Assembly: GCA_031417315.1 (NCBI GenBank)
Contig: JANOVK010000216.1
Coordinates: forward strand, 1 to 49,738
Direction: 5' to 3'
DNA length: 49,738 nucleotides
Origin: Chitinophagaceae bacterium
GTDB lineage: Bacteria > Bacteroidota > Bacteroidia > Chitinophagales > Chitinophagaceae
Shown: piece after piece, positions 20,535-29,850 of the stretch
Position numbering within the stretch: the stretch's first letter is position 1
Layout: every line of letters begins with the position of its first letter
Program-made: the position numbers and the translations under genes
The notes under the pieces: model-generated
The model's database searches: none
The model's input: only the letters and a program-made list of their open reading frames with translations
Told to the model about the DNA's origin: nothing

Positions 20535-21524
20535 TTATAATAACCCATTTTGCAACATATATTCTGCAATTTGTATAGCATTTGTTGCAGCACCTTTTCT
20601 TAAGTTATCGCTCACAATCCACATGTTTAGTGTATTTGGCTGAGTTTCGTCTCTACGCAATCTTCCAACAAATACAGCATCTTTTTCGTGTGCGTTCATT
20701 GGCATTGGATAAATAAAGTTTGCAATGTCATCTTCAACAATAACACCAGGAGAAACTGAAAGTAATTGTTTCAATTCATTTATTTCAAAATCATTTTCGA
20801 ACTCAACATTTACACTTTCGCTGTGCCCACCAATTACAGGAATTCTGACAGTTGTTGCTGTAACTTTAATGGAATCGTCCCTCATTATTTTACAAGTCTC
20901 TTTAGCCATTTTCATTTCTTCTTTAGTATATCCATTTTCTAAAAAAACATCAATTTGCGGTATTGCATTTAAATCAATTTTATAATTATAAGCCATGGGA
21001 CCATCAATCCCATTTCTTTCATTCATTAATTGATCCACTGCATTTTTTCCTGTGCCAGTAACACTTTGATAAGTGCTTACTACAATTCGTTTAATTTGAT
21101 ATTTTTTATGCAAAGGCTGTAATGCAACCACCATTTGAATTGTAGAGCAATTAGGATTTGCAATAATAAAATCGGAACTAGTTAAAACATTAGCATTTAC
21201 TTCGGGTACTACTAACTTTTTTGAACTATCCATTCGCCAAGCACTTGAATTATCAATCACTTTTATACCTGCATCAGCAAATTTTGGAGCCCATTCTAAA
21301 GAAGTATTGCCACCAGCTGAAAATAAAGCTAGCGTTGGTTTTAAAGCTATACAATCATCCATACTAACAACTTTATAAAAGTTGTTTTTGAATTTAATTT
21401 CTTTACCAATACTATTTTGGCTCGCAACAGGAATTAGTTCGGTTACGGGAAAATTTCTTTCTGTTAATATTTGCAACATTTTTGTGCCTACTAATCCAGT
21501 TGCACCAACTACTGCTACTTTCAT
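20535..21524 (-). CDS. asd: Aspartate-semialdehyde dehydrogenase
   Basis: MKVAVVGATGLVG NAD(P) fold, active-site context NPNCSTIQ, 329 aa. Confidence 0.95.
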   Translation of the reverse strand: MKVAVVGATGLVGTKMLQILTERNFPVTELIPVASQNSIGKEIKFKNNFYKVVSMDDCIALKPTLALFSAGGNTSLEWAPKFADAGIKVIDNSSAWRMDSSKKLVVPEVNANVLTSSDFIIANPNCSTIQMVVALQPLHKKYQIKRIVVSTYQSVTGTGKNAVDQLMNERNGIDGPMAYNYKIDLNAIPQIDVFLENGYTKEEMKMAKETCKIMRDDSIKVTATTVRIPVIGGHSESVNVEFENDFEINELKQLLSVSPGVIVEDDIANFIYPMPMNAHEKDAVFVGRLRRDETQPNTLNMWIVSDNLRKGAATNAIQIAEYMLQNGLL

Positions 21525-21556
21525 TTAATGTTTTCTTTAATATTTTCTGAATGAAG

Positions 21557-21564
21557 CAAATATA
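21557..21564 (-). promoter_or_regulatory. -7 box TATATTTG upstream of asd
   Basis: The reverse complement of caaatata matches TAnnTTTG, 33 nt upstream of the asd ATG. I found no clear -33 element. Confidence 0.3.
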
Positions 21565-21658
21565 ATTATCGCATTTTAATTTTCGTTTAGATGATTGCTG
21601 ATTACTAAACTAATTTTAGAGAAGTATCTCTTCAAATTTCTCTTATACTTATTTTTTA

Positions 21659-21708
21659 CTCACAGATAACACAGATAGCTCGGATAATATCAGTGCTATC
21701 TGTGTGAG
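21659..21708. repeat. Imperfect palindrome/hairpin in the asd-holA divergent intergenic region
   Basis: cacagatagc (21670-21679) pairs with gctatctgtg (21695-21704) across a 15-nt loop. The left arm is preceded by a direct half-repeat, cacagataa. ctca...tgag can extend the stem across a bulge. Confidence 0.5.
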
Positions 21709-21794
21709 AATTGATACAATATAATTATAATTGAATATTAATTTATATTTCACGAAGCAAATTTTCTACACTCAATAACCAAAAGCCTTCTCCG

Positions 21795-21802
21795 TACATT
21801 TG
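21795..21802 (+). promoter_or_regulatory. -7 box TACATTTG immediately upstream of holA
   Basis: Matches TAnnTTTG and ends 4 nt before the holA ATG (21807). This would imply a leaderless or near-leaderless mRNA, or it is a chance match. Confidence 0.3.
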
Positions 21803-21806
21803 TACA

Positions 21807-22817
21807 ATGAGTGCAGAAAAAATAATTTCAGATTTAAGAAAAAAGAACTTTAAGCCAATTTATTGGTTAGAAGGTGATGAACCTTTTTTTATTGATGAAG
21901 TAATGAATTTTGCTGAACATCATATTTTATCGGAAAGTGAAGCATCTTTTAATTTATCTATCTTTTATGGAAAAGATGCTGATTGGGCTGCTGTTTTAAA
22001 TGCATGTAGAAGATACCCTATGATGTCTGATAAACAAGTTGTTTTATTAAAAGAGGCCCAACAAATGAGGCCAGATGATTTAGAAAAAATTGAAAGTTAT
22101 TTTGAAAATCCACTTATCTCTACAATTTTTGTTATTAGTTATAAAGACAAAAAATTAGATGCACGAAAAAAAATTGTAAAAAATATAAAATCGAAAGGTG
22201 AATTATTTACCACTAAAAAAATATACGACAATCAATTGCCAGAATGGATTAATTCGATAGTTCACAACAATGGATTAACAATAAACCCAAAAGCAATAGC
22301 TATGATTGTTGAAAACATTGGCAACGATTTAAGTAGAATAAAAAATGAAATTGAAAAAATTAGTATTAATTTAGGCAAGAGAAAAAGCATCAATGAAGAT
22401 GACATAGAATTGTATATTGGAGTTAGCAAAGAATACAATGTTTTTGAACTACAAAATGCAATTGGAAAAAAGAATATATCGAAAGCCTTAAAAATTATTC
22501 AATACTTTGAAAAAAATCCTAAAGCTGCACCAATTCAATTAATACTTCCTTCACTGTACAGTTTTTTTAGTAAAGTATACTCTATTTTTTCTGCCCCATC
22601 AAAAAATGAAAAAGAAATTGCAATTTGGTTAGGCATTAATCCATTTTTTATTAAAGATTATTTGGCAGCTGTAAACAATTATCAACTAAAGGGTATTGAA
22701 AAAATACTTTTATTATTACATCATTATAATTTAAAAAGTGTGGGTATTGGAAATAATAGCAGCACAACATCTGATGCTGATTTATTAAAAGAATTGGTTG
22801 TTAAAATAATGGCATAA
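21807..22817 (+). CDS. holA: DNA polymerase III subunit delta
   Basis: 336 aa. The N-terminal block (KPIYWLEGDEPFFID), size and helical C-terminal domain are typical of HolA. Confidence 0.8.
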   Translation: MSAEKIISDLRKKNFKPIYWLEGDEPFFIDEVMNFAEHHILSESEASFNLSIFYGKDADWAAVLNACRRYPMMSDKQVVLLKEAQQMRPDDLEKIESYFENPLISTIFVISYKDKKLDARKKIVKNIKSKGELFTTKKIYDNQLPEWINSIVHNNGLTINPKAIAMIVENIGNDLSRIKNEIEKISINLGKRKSINEDDIELYIGVSKEYNVFELQNAIGKKNISKALKIIQYFEKNPKAAPIQLILPSLYSFFSKVYSIFSAPSKNEKEIAIWLGINPFFIKDYLAAVNNYQLKGIEKILLLLHHYNLKSVGIGNNSSTTSDADLLKELVVKIMA

Positions 22818-22850
22818 AAAAAGCCTGATTGCAAATTAATCAGGCTTTAA
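22816..22850. terminator. Bidirectional terminator between holA and the convergent EPS-module operon
   Basis: 9-bp stem: agcctgatt (22822-22830) pairs with aatcaggct (22838-22846), with a 7-nt loop. An A-run precedes it and T residues follow. Confidence 0.6.
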
Positions 22851-22865
22851 ATTAGTTAAAATAAA

Positions 22866-24500
22866 CTATCCACCACGTCCTTCATCTAAACGATAAACAG
22901 CCCAATTTTCAGTTTCAAACATTATTACTGGATGAACTAAGCCATTGTTTGTTATTCTATTTAAATTATACTGATTTAAAACAGTAAAACTTTTTAATCT
23001 ATTTTTTTCTTTTGCAATACAAATATATTTTGCTTCTACTTTAGGATTTTCTGCAACAGTAATAAAGTATGTATTAATTGGTAATATTACATTACTACTT
23101 AGTTGTCTCATTTGTGCTACAATAGAATAAGCTGCAGCATCATCCATTAGAATTCTACCATTATCGCCATTTTTCTCAGCATTCATTAAATTAGTAATGT
23201 ATGATGCCATTCTATGCTCCTCAGAAACTTTTCTTGATCCTGATTTTTTTGCTACATTTTTAACAGAAGCAAAAAAACTTCTTTCTTCTTTATCACTTGT
23301 TTGTCTGAAATAATAAACACCAGCTAGAATATTTAAAAAGGCAACAACTATAATAATTGGATACATATTTGTGCCAGTATACTTTCTACCTGTATAATAA
23401 TATATTCCAATTAATGCCAATACCAAGAAAATTAAATAATATTCTATGGTTAAATAGGTTTGATTATCTAACAATAAAATTCCAATAAATAAAAACGGTG
23501 ATAATAAAGTTAACAGCTCATACAATCTACCTTTAAACATAGCAAATACTAAAATAAATAAAGGAGTTAAAGCTAACAAATATCCTTGAAAAACTATTTG
23601 AGTTTGAGCAACAACATTTGTTCCTACAAAATTTGCAGAAGATGTTTTATAATAATCTATTCCAGTAAAAATGCTACCTAATGTTTCTGTTCCAGTAATA
23701 CTCCAATTTGCATATTGACTAGTTAAGAAATAAGTTGCATTACCAGCATGCACTTGGTTTAGTAATTTAAAAAGATATACTGAACTTAATGGTAAAATAA
23801 ATAGAATTATATAAATTGCTATGGTTCTATTGGTAAGTTTTCGTCTTTGAGAACGATTGTTTATTGACTCGTAATATTGAACAATAGGAGAACCATGTTT
23901 TGATTGTTTAACTCCTTCGAGAGAAATTAAAACAACAAACGGCATTAATGCAAGTAATAACCAAATAAAATTATAATTACAAAAAATTAAACAAGTTAAA
24001 TAAATACTTGCCATTGATAAAGAAAACGTTGTTTGTGTTTTATAGTAAATAAACAAACTTCTAAATAACAAGTAAAAAAAAAGCAATAGCAGTGCAATAC
24101 TTCTGCCTGTTACAGCAGTATAAACTAATCCAGGATGCAATAAAAACAACATACAAAGCATTGGAATAAAAAACTTTTTCTGCAAACTTGTTTTCGAAAA
24201 ATCTTGCACTAATAACAAAAACAAAATAGTAGTAAAAGTTACTGAAGCTAAAATGGGTGCAAATGGATATCCAAATAAAGAGAATACTACTGTAGATAAA
24301 TAAACAAGGGTAGGAAAAGTAGTACCCAAAATTAAAAGGGTATTCTCTTTTGCTTCAAACAACAAACGAGATTTCTCTGCTAAGAATAAGGCTTCAGAAT
24401 GTTCATATCCTGTTCTATGTAATACCCAAGCTATAATTAAATAATAACTTAGCAATACAATAGCTAATAAAACTGGGACATATTTTTTTAAAAATACCAT
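22866..24500 (-). CDS. 544-aa polytopic membrane protein with C-terminal soluble domain, function unknown (last gene of the EPS-like operon)
   Basis: At least 10 hydrophobic helices over aa 1-400, then a soluble tail of about 140 aa. Starts 5 nt after the GT2 stop. I recognise no catalytic motif. Confidence 0.6.
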   Translation of the reverse strand: MVFLKKYVPVLLAIVLLSYYLIIAWVLHRTGYEHSEALFLAEKSRLLFEAKENTLLILGTTFPTLVYLSTVVFSLFGYPFAPILASVTFTTILFLLLVQDFSKTSLQKKFFIPMLCMLFLLHPGLVYTAVTGRSIALLLLFFYLLFRSLFIYYKTQTTFSLSMASIYLTCLIFCNYNFIWLLLALMPFVVLISLEGVKQSKHGSPIVQYYESINNRSQRRKLTNRTIAIYIILFILPLSSVYLFKLLNQVHAGNATYFLTSQYANWSITGTETLGSIFTGIDYYKTSSANFVGTNVVAQTQIVFQGYLLALTPLFILVFAMFKGRLYELLTLLSPFLFIGILLLDNQTYLTIEYYLIFLVLALIGIYYYTGRKYTGTNMYPIIIVVAFLNILAGVYYFRQTSDKEERSFFASVKNVAKKSGSRKVSEEHRMASYITNLMNAEKNGDNGRILMDDAAAYSIVAQMRQLSSNVILPINTYFITVAENPKVEAKYICIAKEKNRLKSFTVLNQYNLNRITNNGLVHPVIMFETENWAVYRLDEGRGG

Positions 24501-24505
24501 GGCTT

Positions 24506-26359
24506 TTATATTGCTGGTACAGCAGCATTAGTTGAATGTTGCTTGCTGAGACCGTGATGAGTTTTTTCCCAATAAAATGGTTTATAAATCAACTGCCATA
24601 ATCCTTTATAAGCAGCAACTGAGTGCATTAGCCAATAAATAGGATTTAAAGCAGAGAATAGAATGAGTTCATAATAACGACGTTTGAAAACTGCCATCAT
24701 ATTTACATAAATCATTAAAACATTTCCTGCAACGAAATTGAATGTTGCAAAATATAATACCCAATCTGGAAACACAGTTTTTACACCAGATATATTAAAT
24801 ACTAAATACACTAAGAAGAAAAGTAATAATATCGGATATATTAAAAATGTTATTGCTGTTCCTCCAATAAAAAAGTTAAATCCAAAAAAACCACCCCAAC
24901 CAATACGTCTGATTAAATTTATTGGAGATCGCATGTGCACCAAGTAGGTTTGCATATAACCTTTAATCCATCTGCTTCTTTGTCTAATCCAGTTAAAGGG
25001 TTCATTGTTTGCTTCTTCGTAAGTAGTACTTTTTACAATACCAATTTTGTATTGTTTATCGTAAACTCGAACTCCTAAATCTGCATCTTCAGTTACGTTA
25101 AATGGATCCCAACAACCAAGTTCAATTAATTTATCAAGTTTAAAGTGATTGCTTGTGCCTCCCAATGGTATTGGCACATCTAAGGTTTCTAATCCAGGCA
25201 ACATATAATCAAACCAATAAGAATATTCTAAGGTAAACATTCTTGTTAATAGGTTTTCGTTTCTATTAAAATAGTTTAATGCACCTTGTACAACCACGTA
25301 TTCTTTTGGAAGTTTTTTAAACATTAAAAATGCTTTTTTCAATTGCCAAGTATCAGGAATATCTTCAGCATCATAAATGGTTAGTAACTCACCACGTGAA
25401 AAGAAAATGCCATAATTACAAGCTTTTGGTTTTGTTTTTGGCATCATAAAAGGTACAACAACTACTTCAAAATTTGCAGGGAAATCTAAATCTCTAACAG
25501 CATTTAAAGTTTCGTCGTCATCTTCTTCTATCAATAATTTTACATCCAATTTTTCTTTAGGATAGTTTAATCCTTTCAAATTCCAAATTAATTTTCTAAT
25601 TAATTTATCTTCTTTATATACTGGAAGTAAAATAGTGTAAACAGGAACTTCTTCATTTTTTAAAGCACCTAATTCCTCAATAGATACATCATCGTGCAAC
25701 TCAGATTGAGATCCTTTTAATGCCAAGTATAATTTAAACATTATTGAACCCAAGAATGCTACACTAGCTAAAAAGTTTAAAGCAATAATGGTTGGAATGG
25801 AATAAACAAACAACATCACAACAACGAATCCAACCATACCAAAAATAAATAATAATTGAGAATCGGTAAAAGTTATATGGCCAGAACTCGAAGGATCTTT
25901 TTTTAATAAACTATAAACTGCTTCGTTTACTAATTCTCTTCCTCTAATGGTATGTGCAAGCCAAATAATATCCAAATCGTCTGCAGCTACAAGTTTAATA
26001 TTTGTTCTAAACTTTGCCATTAAACTGTTGGCAAGTCTTTCATCAAAAGGATCAGCGGCAGCTACCAATAAGCTGCCGTCGAAATCTTGTTTTAAAGGTA
26101 TATATAAGAAAGAATTGATATGATGGATATCGCATTGATTTAAATACGATGGATCAATTTCATAATTTCTCACATCAACTATTTCTTTTCCTTCGTTCTT
26201 AAGAAAAATTTTGTACTCTTTTCTTGTTAAAAATCCAAAGCATAGTGCAACCTTTATAGGGGCGTAACTATATGTAGTTGCAATTGCTTCTACTCTATCT
26301 TGTTTTTCGGTATCAAAATTATTTTTAGATACCATTAAATCTATTGCACTACGAATCAT
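24506..26359 (-). CDS. Processive family-2 glycosyltransferase (synthase) with N-terminal T2SSE_N/MshEN-like domain
   Basis: - aa 75-140 resemble the GspE/PilB N-terminal domain (FLYIPLKQDFDGSLLVAAADPFDERLANSL...KLVAADDLDI).
- Two TM helices follow.
- The GT-A core has LLPVYKED, DAED (330-333), TED (423-425) and QRSRW (460-464).
- There are four or more C-terminal TM helices.
- There is no PilZ domain. Confidence 0.85.
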   Translation of the reverse strand: MIRSAIDLMVSKNNFDTEKQDRVEAIATTYSYAPIKVALCFGFLTRKEYKIFLKNEGKEIVDVRNYEIDPSYLNQCDIHHINSFLYIPLKQDFDGSLLVAAADPFDERLANSLMAKFRTNIKLVAADDLDIIWLAHTIRGRELVNEAVYSLLKKDPSSSGHITFTDSQLLFIFGMVGFVVVMLFVYSIPTIIALNFLASVAFLGSIMFKLYLALKGSQSELHDDVSIEELGALKNEEVPVYTILLPVYKEDKLIRKLIWNLKGLNYPKEKLDVKLLIEEDDDETLNAVRDLDFPANFEVVVVPFMMPKTKPKACNYGIFFSRGELLTIYDAEDIPDTWQLKKAFLMFKKLPKEYVVVQGALNYFNRNENLLTRMFTLEYSYWFDYMLPGLETLDVPIPLGGTSNHFKLDKLIELGCWDPFNVTEDADLGVRVYDKQYKIGIVKSTTYEEANNEPFNWIRQRSRWIKGYMQTYLVHMRSPINLIRRIGWGGFFGFNFFIGGTAITFLIYPILLLFFLVYLVFNISGVKTVFPDWVLYFATFNFVAGNVLMIYVNMMAVFKRRYYELILFSALNPIYWLMHSVAAYKGLWQLIYKPFYWEKTHHGLSKQHSTNAAVPAI

Positions 26360-26421
26360 AAGTTAATACTTTCAAAAGGATGAATTATTGCTTAATACAT
26401 TTTACAATTTATTAAGCTATT

Positions 26422-28449
26422 TTAAACAACCGAATCAGTAGCTTGTTTAACTCTGCCTTTAACCATAAAATAGCCAAGAATTAATAATACTATCAATAGG
26501 CCCATTACCCAGAACTTATAATTGTTCCAGAAACGTTCAAAGTCGCTCATATTATTTGCATAGCTAACTATATTATTATCTTCTGGTGCTTTAAAGAAAT
26601 AGTTACTGATACCATTATTATTAGCAATACAGATATTACTTTCAATTTCTGTTAACTGAGTACTAAAATTTTTCACTACACTTAAATATGAACCTTGAAT
26701 AGCACTATCTCCTCCTAATGAAGTTACCATTAAGACTGTGTTTCCTTTATCTCTAAAAATTTGAGCTAAACCACTATTAGAAAAATCGTTGATAGAATAA
26801 CTTGCAGCTCCTTGCATTCCTTTATAAATACTGAAATCTTTATCAAAACTGATAGGCAATACTTTGCTATCAAACTTTTTAATAAAATTATCATTTCTGT
26901 CAATCAATGCAATTAAATTATAATCAGCTATATCACCTACACTTGCAGAAGTTACAATTGGAGGAACTATTAGTCTGCTATAATCGTTCTTTAATGGAGT
27001 ATTAAGTTGATAATATATTTCACCAATTGAAGAAACCACTTTACCCAAAATATTTTGAGAAACTACTATTTTAGTTTGTTTTTTTCTAAATTCTGCCGGG
27101 AAATTAAAAAAGCTAAAGAATTTATTTTCTCTTTCTCCTGTGTAGGTTAAACTAGATGTTTTTGTATTAATAAATGCAAAGAAATTACTAAATCCATCTT
27201 TACACACATCCTTTCCTGGATAGAATCGAAATTCGATTTCTAAAGTATTGAACTTTGTAAGTAAATGTGTTTTTAAATCAATATCATTAATAAAGTTAGT
27301 TTTATCAGACAAGTTGCCATTATAAACTAAATTTTGATTTAAATAAACATTTACAAAACCTCTATCATCTGGTTTTAAAATTGAAAAATAGCTCTCTAAA
27401 TGTAAAGTTAGTTTTGTTGGAATTGCATTAAAATTAGCCAAAGAAAAATTGAATTTTTTACGCAATGCACCAATACCTTCCATTAAATCACTATTACCAC
27501 CCATATCGGCTAAAGGTGTAACTAATGGAGATGCTCCTGCAACAATTTCAGTAGATATAGTTGCATCAGATATTAATAATTTATCTGTAAATGCACTACT
27601 TAATCTTTTATTACTTGCTAGTGTATTAATTGCTTTTTTGTAACCTGCATTATCGCCTCCAGTAATTACCATCACATAACGTTGGCTCATACCTACATTA
27701 ATAGGCACTAATGCAATTAAACCCTGACCAGAAGAAACTGCAGGCAATGCTTGTTTAACAGAATAGGGAAGTTTATCTGAAACTCCAGCAATAATGCCAC
27801 CTGGCACAGAATCTTGAGGAGAATAAGTTGCAGTAAACACCTGTTTAGATGCTGCACCTTGACGAACAATTGCATAAAGCAATCCTCCTGCCATTAAATC
27901 ATCAATGTCTGCTTGATCTGGTGTATAAACTGAATTATATTCTTGAATCATCTCTTTAATACTTCTTTGATAATTGAAAGTATTTTGAGTTGTAGCAGCG
28001 ATGTAAGAAGAGTTTTTAACTCCTAACCAACAAGCTGGATTATCAATATCTTTACAATACTCATCTCCAACACTCATTTTAGCAGCTATTCGAAGTTTAA
28101 TAAATCTGCCATCTGGTTGTAAATATTTTGTGTTTAGAGGAACTCTAACACTCAAAACAGTATCAACTGCAGAAGTAACTATTCTTTGTGTGTATACTGG
28201 TTCATCTCGTAAGTAAACCACAACAAAAGAATTGTTTGGATTAAGAACTTGTGAAGCTCTTAGGTTAATTACTAAACTACATTGATCGATATTATCATCT
28301 GGCTTTACTTTAAGAAAATAACTTAAAGAACCTGAGATACCATTGATGGATGCATCATCGTAGCCCATTGACTTGAAAGTCCTATCTTGTGCGTTTATTT
28401 GTAAAGCACAAAAAATTAAAGCTACGGATAAAAGAAATTTAGATTTCAT
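26422..28449 (-). CDS. BcsB-like periplasmic synthase partner (signal peptide plus C-terminal TM anchor)
   Basis: Signal peptide MKSKFLLSVALIFCALQINAQ. Two internally similar halves are visible (SLSYFLKVKPDD...VVVYLRDEPVY and LHLESYFSILKPDD...VNVYLNQNLVY). A single C-terminal TM (FWVMGLLIVLLILGYFMV) follows. The topology matches BcsB, and the gene lies directly upstream of the GT2 synthase. Confidence 0.5.
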   Translation of the reverse strand: MKSKFLLSVALIFCALQINAQDRTFKSMGYDDASINGISGSLSYFLKVKPDDNIDQCSLVINLRASQVLNPNNSFVVVYLRDEPVYTQRIVTSAVDTVLSVRVPLNTKYLQPDGRFIKLRIAAKMSVGDEYCKDIDNPACWLGVKNSSYIAATTQNTFNYQRSIKEMIQEYNSVYTPDQADIDDLMAGGLLYAIVRQGAASKQVFTATYSPQDSVPGGIIAGVSDKLPYSVKQALPAVSSGQGLIALVPINVGMSQRYVMVITGGDNAGYKKAINTLASNKRLSSAFTDKLLISDATISTEIVAGASPLVTPLADMGGNSDLMEGIGALRKKFNFSLANFNAIPTKLTLHLESYFSILKPDDRGFVNVYLNQNLVYNGNLSDKTNFINDIDLKTHLLTKFNTLEIEFRFYPGKDVCKDGFSNFFAFINTKTSSLTYTGERENKFFSFFNFPAEFRKKQTKIVVSQNILGKVVSSIGEIYYQLNTPLKNDYSRLIVPPIVTSASVGDIADYNLIALIDRNDNFIKKFDSKVLPISFDKDFSIYKGMQGAASYSINDFSNSGLAQIFRDKGNTVLMVTSLGGDSAIQGSYLSVVKNFSTQLTEIESNICIANNNGISNYFFKAPEDNNIVSYANNMSDFERFWNNYKFWVMGLLIVLLILGYFMVKGRVKQATDSVV

Positions 28450-28460
28450 ATTATTTAAAT

Positions 28461-29840
28461 TTACTGGGTACTTGGGAATTCAATTTTAAAATAGTTACCT
28501 GTTGCATCTTCACTACTAAAAGTAAAAGATCCATTCATTGTTTCTACTAATTTTTTTGTTGCTGCTAAACCTAAATCGTTTAAAGCATTTTCATCGGTAA
28601 TAGAATTAATTTTTAGTTTGTTAACCATTTCGGTTAATTTTTCCATACCAATTGCAGCACCATGGCTTATAGTTTCTACTACAGCTTTTCCACCATTACT
28701 TTCTGCTCTAACTGTAATAATTGAACCAGGTTCGCTGTGTCGAATTACGTTATTCATTAGCTTACTTAAAACTTGTTCTGTAAACAATTTATCTAAGTAA
28801 ACTGGGTTAGCTGCCGGAGAAATATTTAATTGCAAACTCATATTTTTTAACATTGCTGATTCAGCAATTTCAAAAACAGCTTTTTCAACTTCCGGATTTA
28901 AATCGAAATTTTCTTTATTAAAATGAAGTGTAGATTCTTCTTTATTTGTAGTAGTTTCTGTTCCACTTAATTTTTGTGCTAAATAAATTAATTTATCATT
29001 TTGAGAAGATATAGAAGATATAATATCTAATTGCGATGGTAATAAGTTATAAGAATTAGATTTAATAGAATCGATAGAAGTTTTTACAGTATCAGAAAAT
29101 GTTTTATAGTCGTGCATTAGTACAGTCATGTTTTCTTGGCTGTTCACATTTACAACTTTTAACTTTCTGTTTGTTTCTTCAATTAAATAATGTTGGTCTT
29201 TTATTTTTTCATTTCTATCTACTAATTTTAAATTAGCTTCATTAATCATAATACTTCTTTCTGTATCTCTACATAATAAAGTAAATCTTGTATATGCTAA
29301 CAAACAAGAGAAAGCAGAAATTAAAAAATACACTCCACCACCATGGTCAATCATTATACTATACTTATCTACTCTATTTTTTAAAGAGTAAATAAAGAAT
29401 ATTACAATATAAGATGCAATGCACACGTATATTGAATTAATGGGTGGCCAGAAAATAGTTGTATTAACTATTAACATGACAATAGACAAAATTAGAAAGT
29501 AAGCCAACGTAGAACCTGATGTTGGAACTACACCACAGATTATTGCATGAACAAAAATGTTCACTCCAACAAACCATGATACAGTTTTAATATAGCTCCA
29601 ATTTTGTTTTGTTGAATAAGTGTATATTAAATAAGATACACCCCAACCTATTAGGCGAATCAATGTAAAGTCTAACCACAAGTCGCGAGAAAATAAGTAA
29701 TCTATTAAAAGAAACAAGGGCAGTGAAAACAAAGTTGTCCACATAACAACGTTTGCATAATACTTCCCTCTTTTACTTAATTCTTGGGTAAAAACATTTT
29801 TGTTGATATTCGCGTAAGAAAATTTGTAATCGTTATACAT
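28461..29840 (-). CDS. Membrane sensor histidine-kinase-like protein with degenerate ATP-binding boxes
   Basis: - About six N-terminal TM helices and a coiled-coil linker.
- H-box-like VLMHDYKTFSD.
- N-box LMNNVIRHS.
- G1 position reads SHGAA instead of DxGxG.
- G2 reads NDLGLA.
- I prefer the ATG at 29838-29840 (MYNDYKF...) to the GTG at 29882 used in the ORF track. Confidence 0.6.
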   Translation of the reverse strand: MYNDYKFSYANINKNVFTQELSKRGKYYANVVMWTTLFSLPLFLLIDYLFSRDLWLDFTLIRLIGWGVSYLIYTYSTKQNWSYIKTVSWFVGVNIFVHAIICGVVPTSGSTLAYFLILSIVMLIVNTTIFWPPINSIYVCIASYIVIFFIYSLKNRVDKYSIMIDHGGGVYFLISAFSCLLAYTRFTLLCRDTERSIMINEANLKLVDRNEKIKDQHYLIEETNRKLKVVNVNSQENMTVLMHDYKTFSDTVKTSIDSIKSNSYNLLPSQLDIISSISSQNDKLIYLAQKLSGTETTTNKEESTLHFNKENFDLNPEVEKAVFEIAESAMLKNMSLQLNISPAANPVYLDKLFTEQVLSKLMNNVIRHSEPGSIITVRAESNGGKAVVETISHGAAIGMEKLTEMVNKLKINSITDENALNDLGLAATKKLVETMNGSFTFSSEDATGNYFKIEFPSTQ

Positions 29841-29850
29841 ATTTATTTTT

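Noticed and set aside
24506-26359. Calling the synthase c-di-GMP-regulated, or calling it cellulose synthase BcsA outright
   Set aside because: There is no PilZ domain. The MshEN-type c-di-GMP motif (RLGxx...G...Q) is not recognisable in the N-terminal domain. GT2 motifs alone do not define the sugar or the linkage. I keep it as a hypothesis only.
26391-26418. An AT-rich 8-bp inverted repeat (gcttaata/tattaagc) between the BcsB-like and GT2 genes, as an intercistronic regulator
   Set aside because: The stem is almost pure A/T with a 12-nt loop. Such repeats are expected by chance in sequence this AT-rich.
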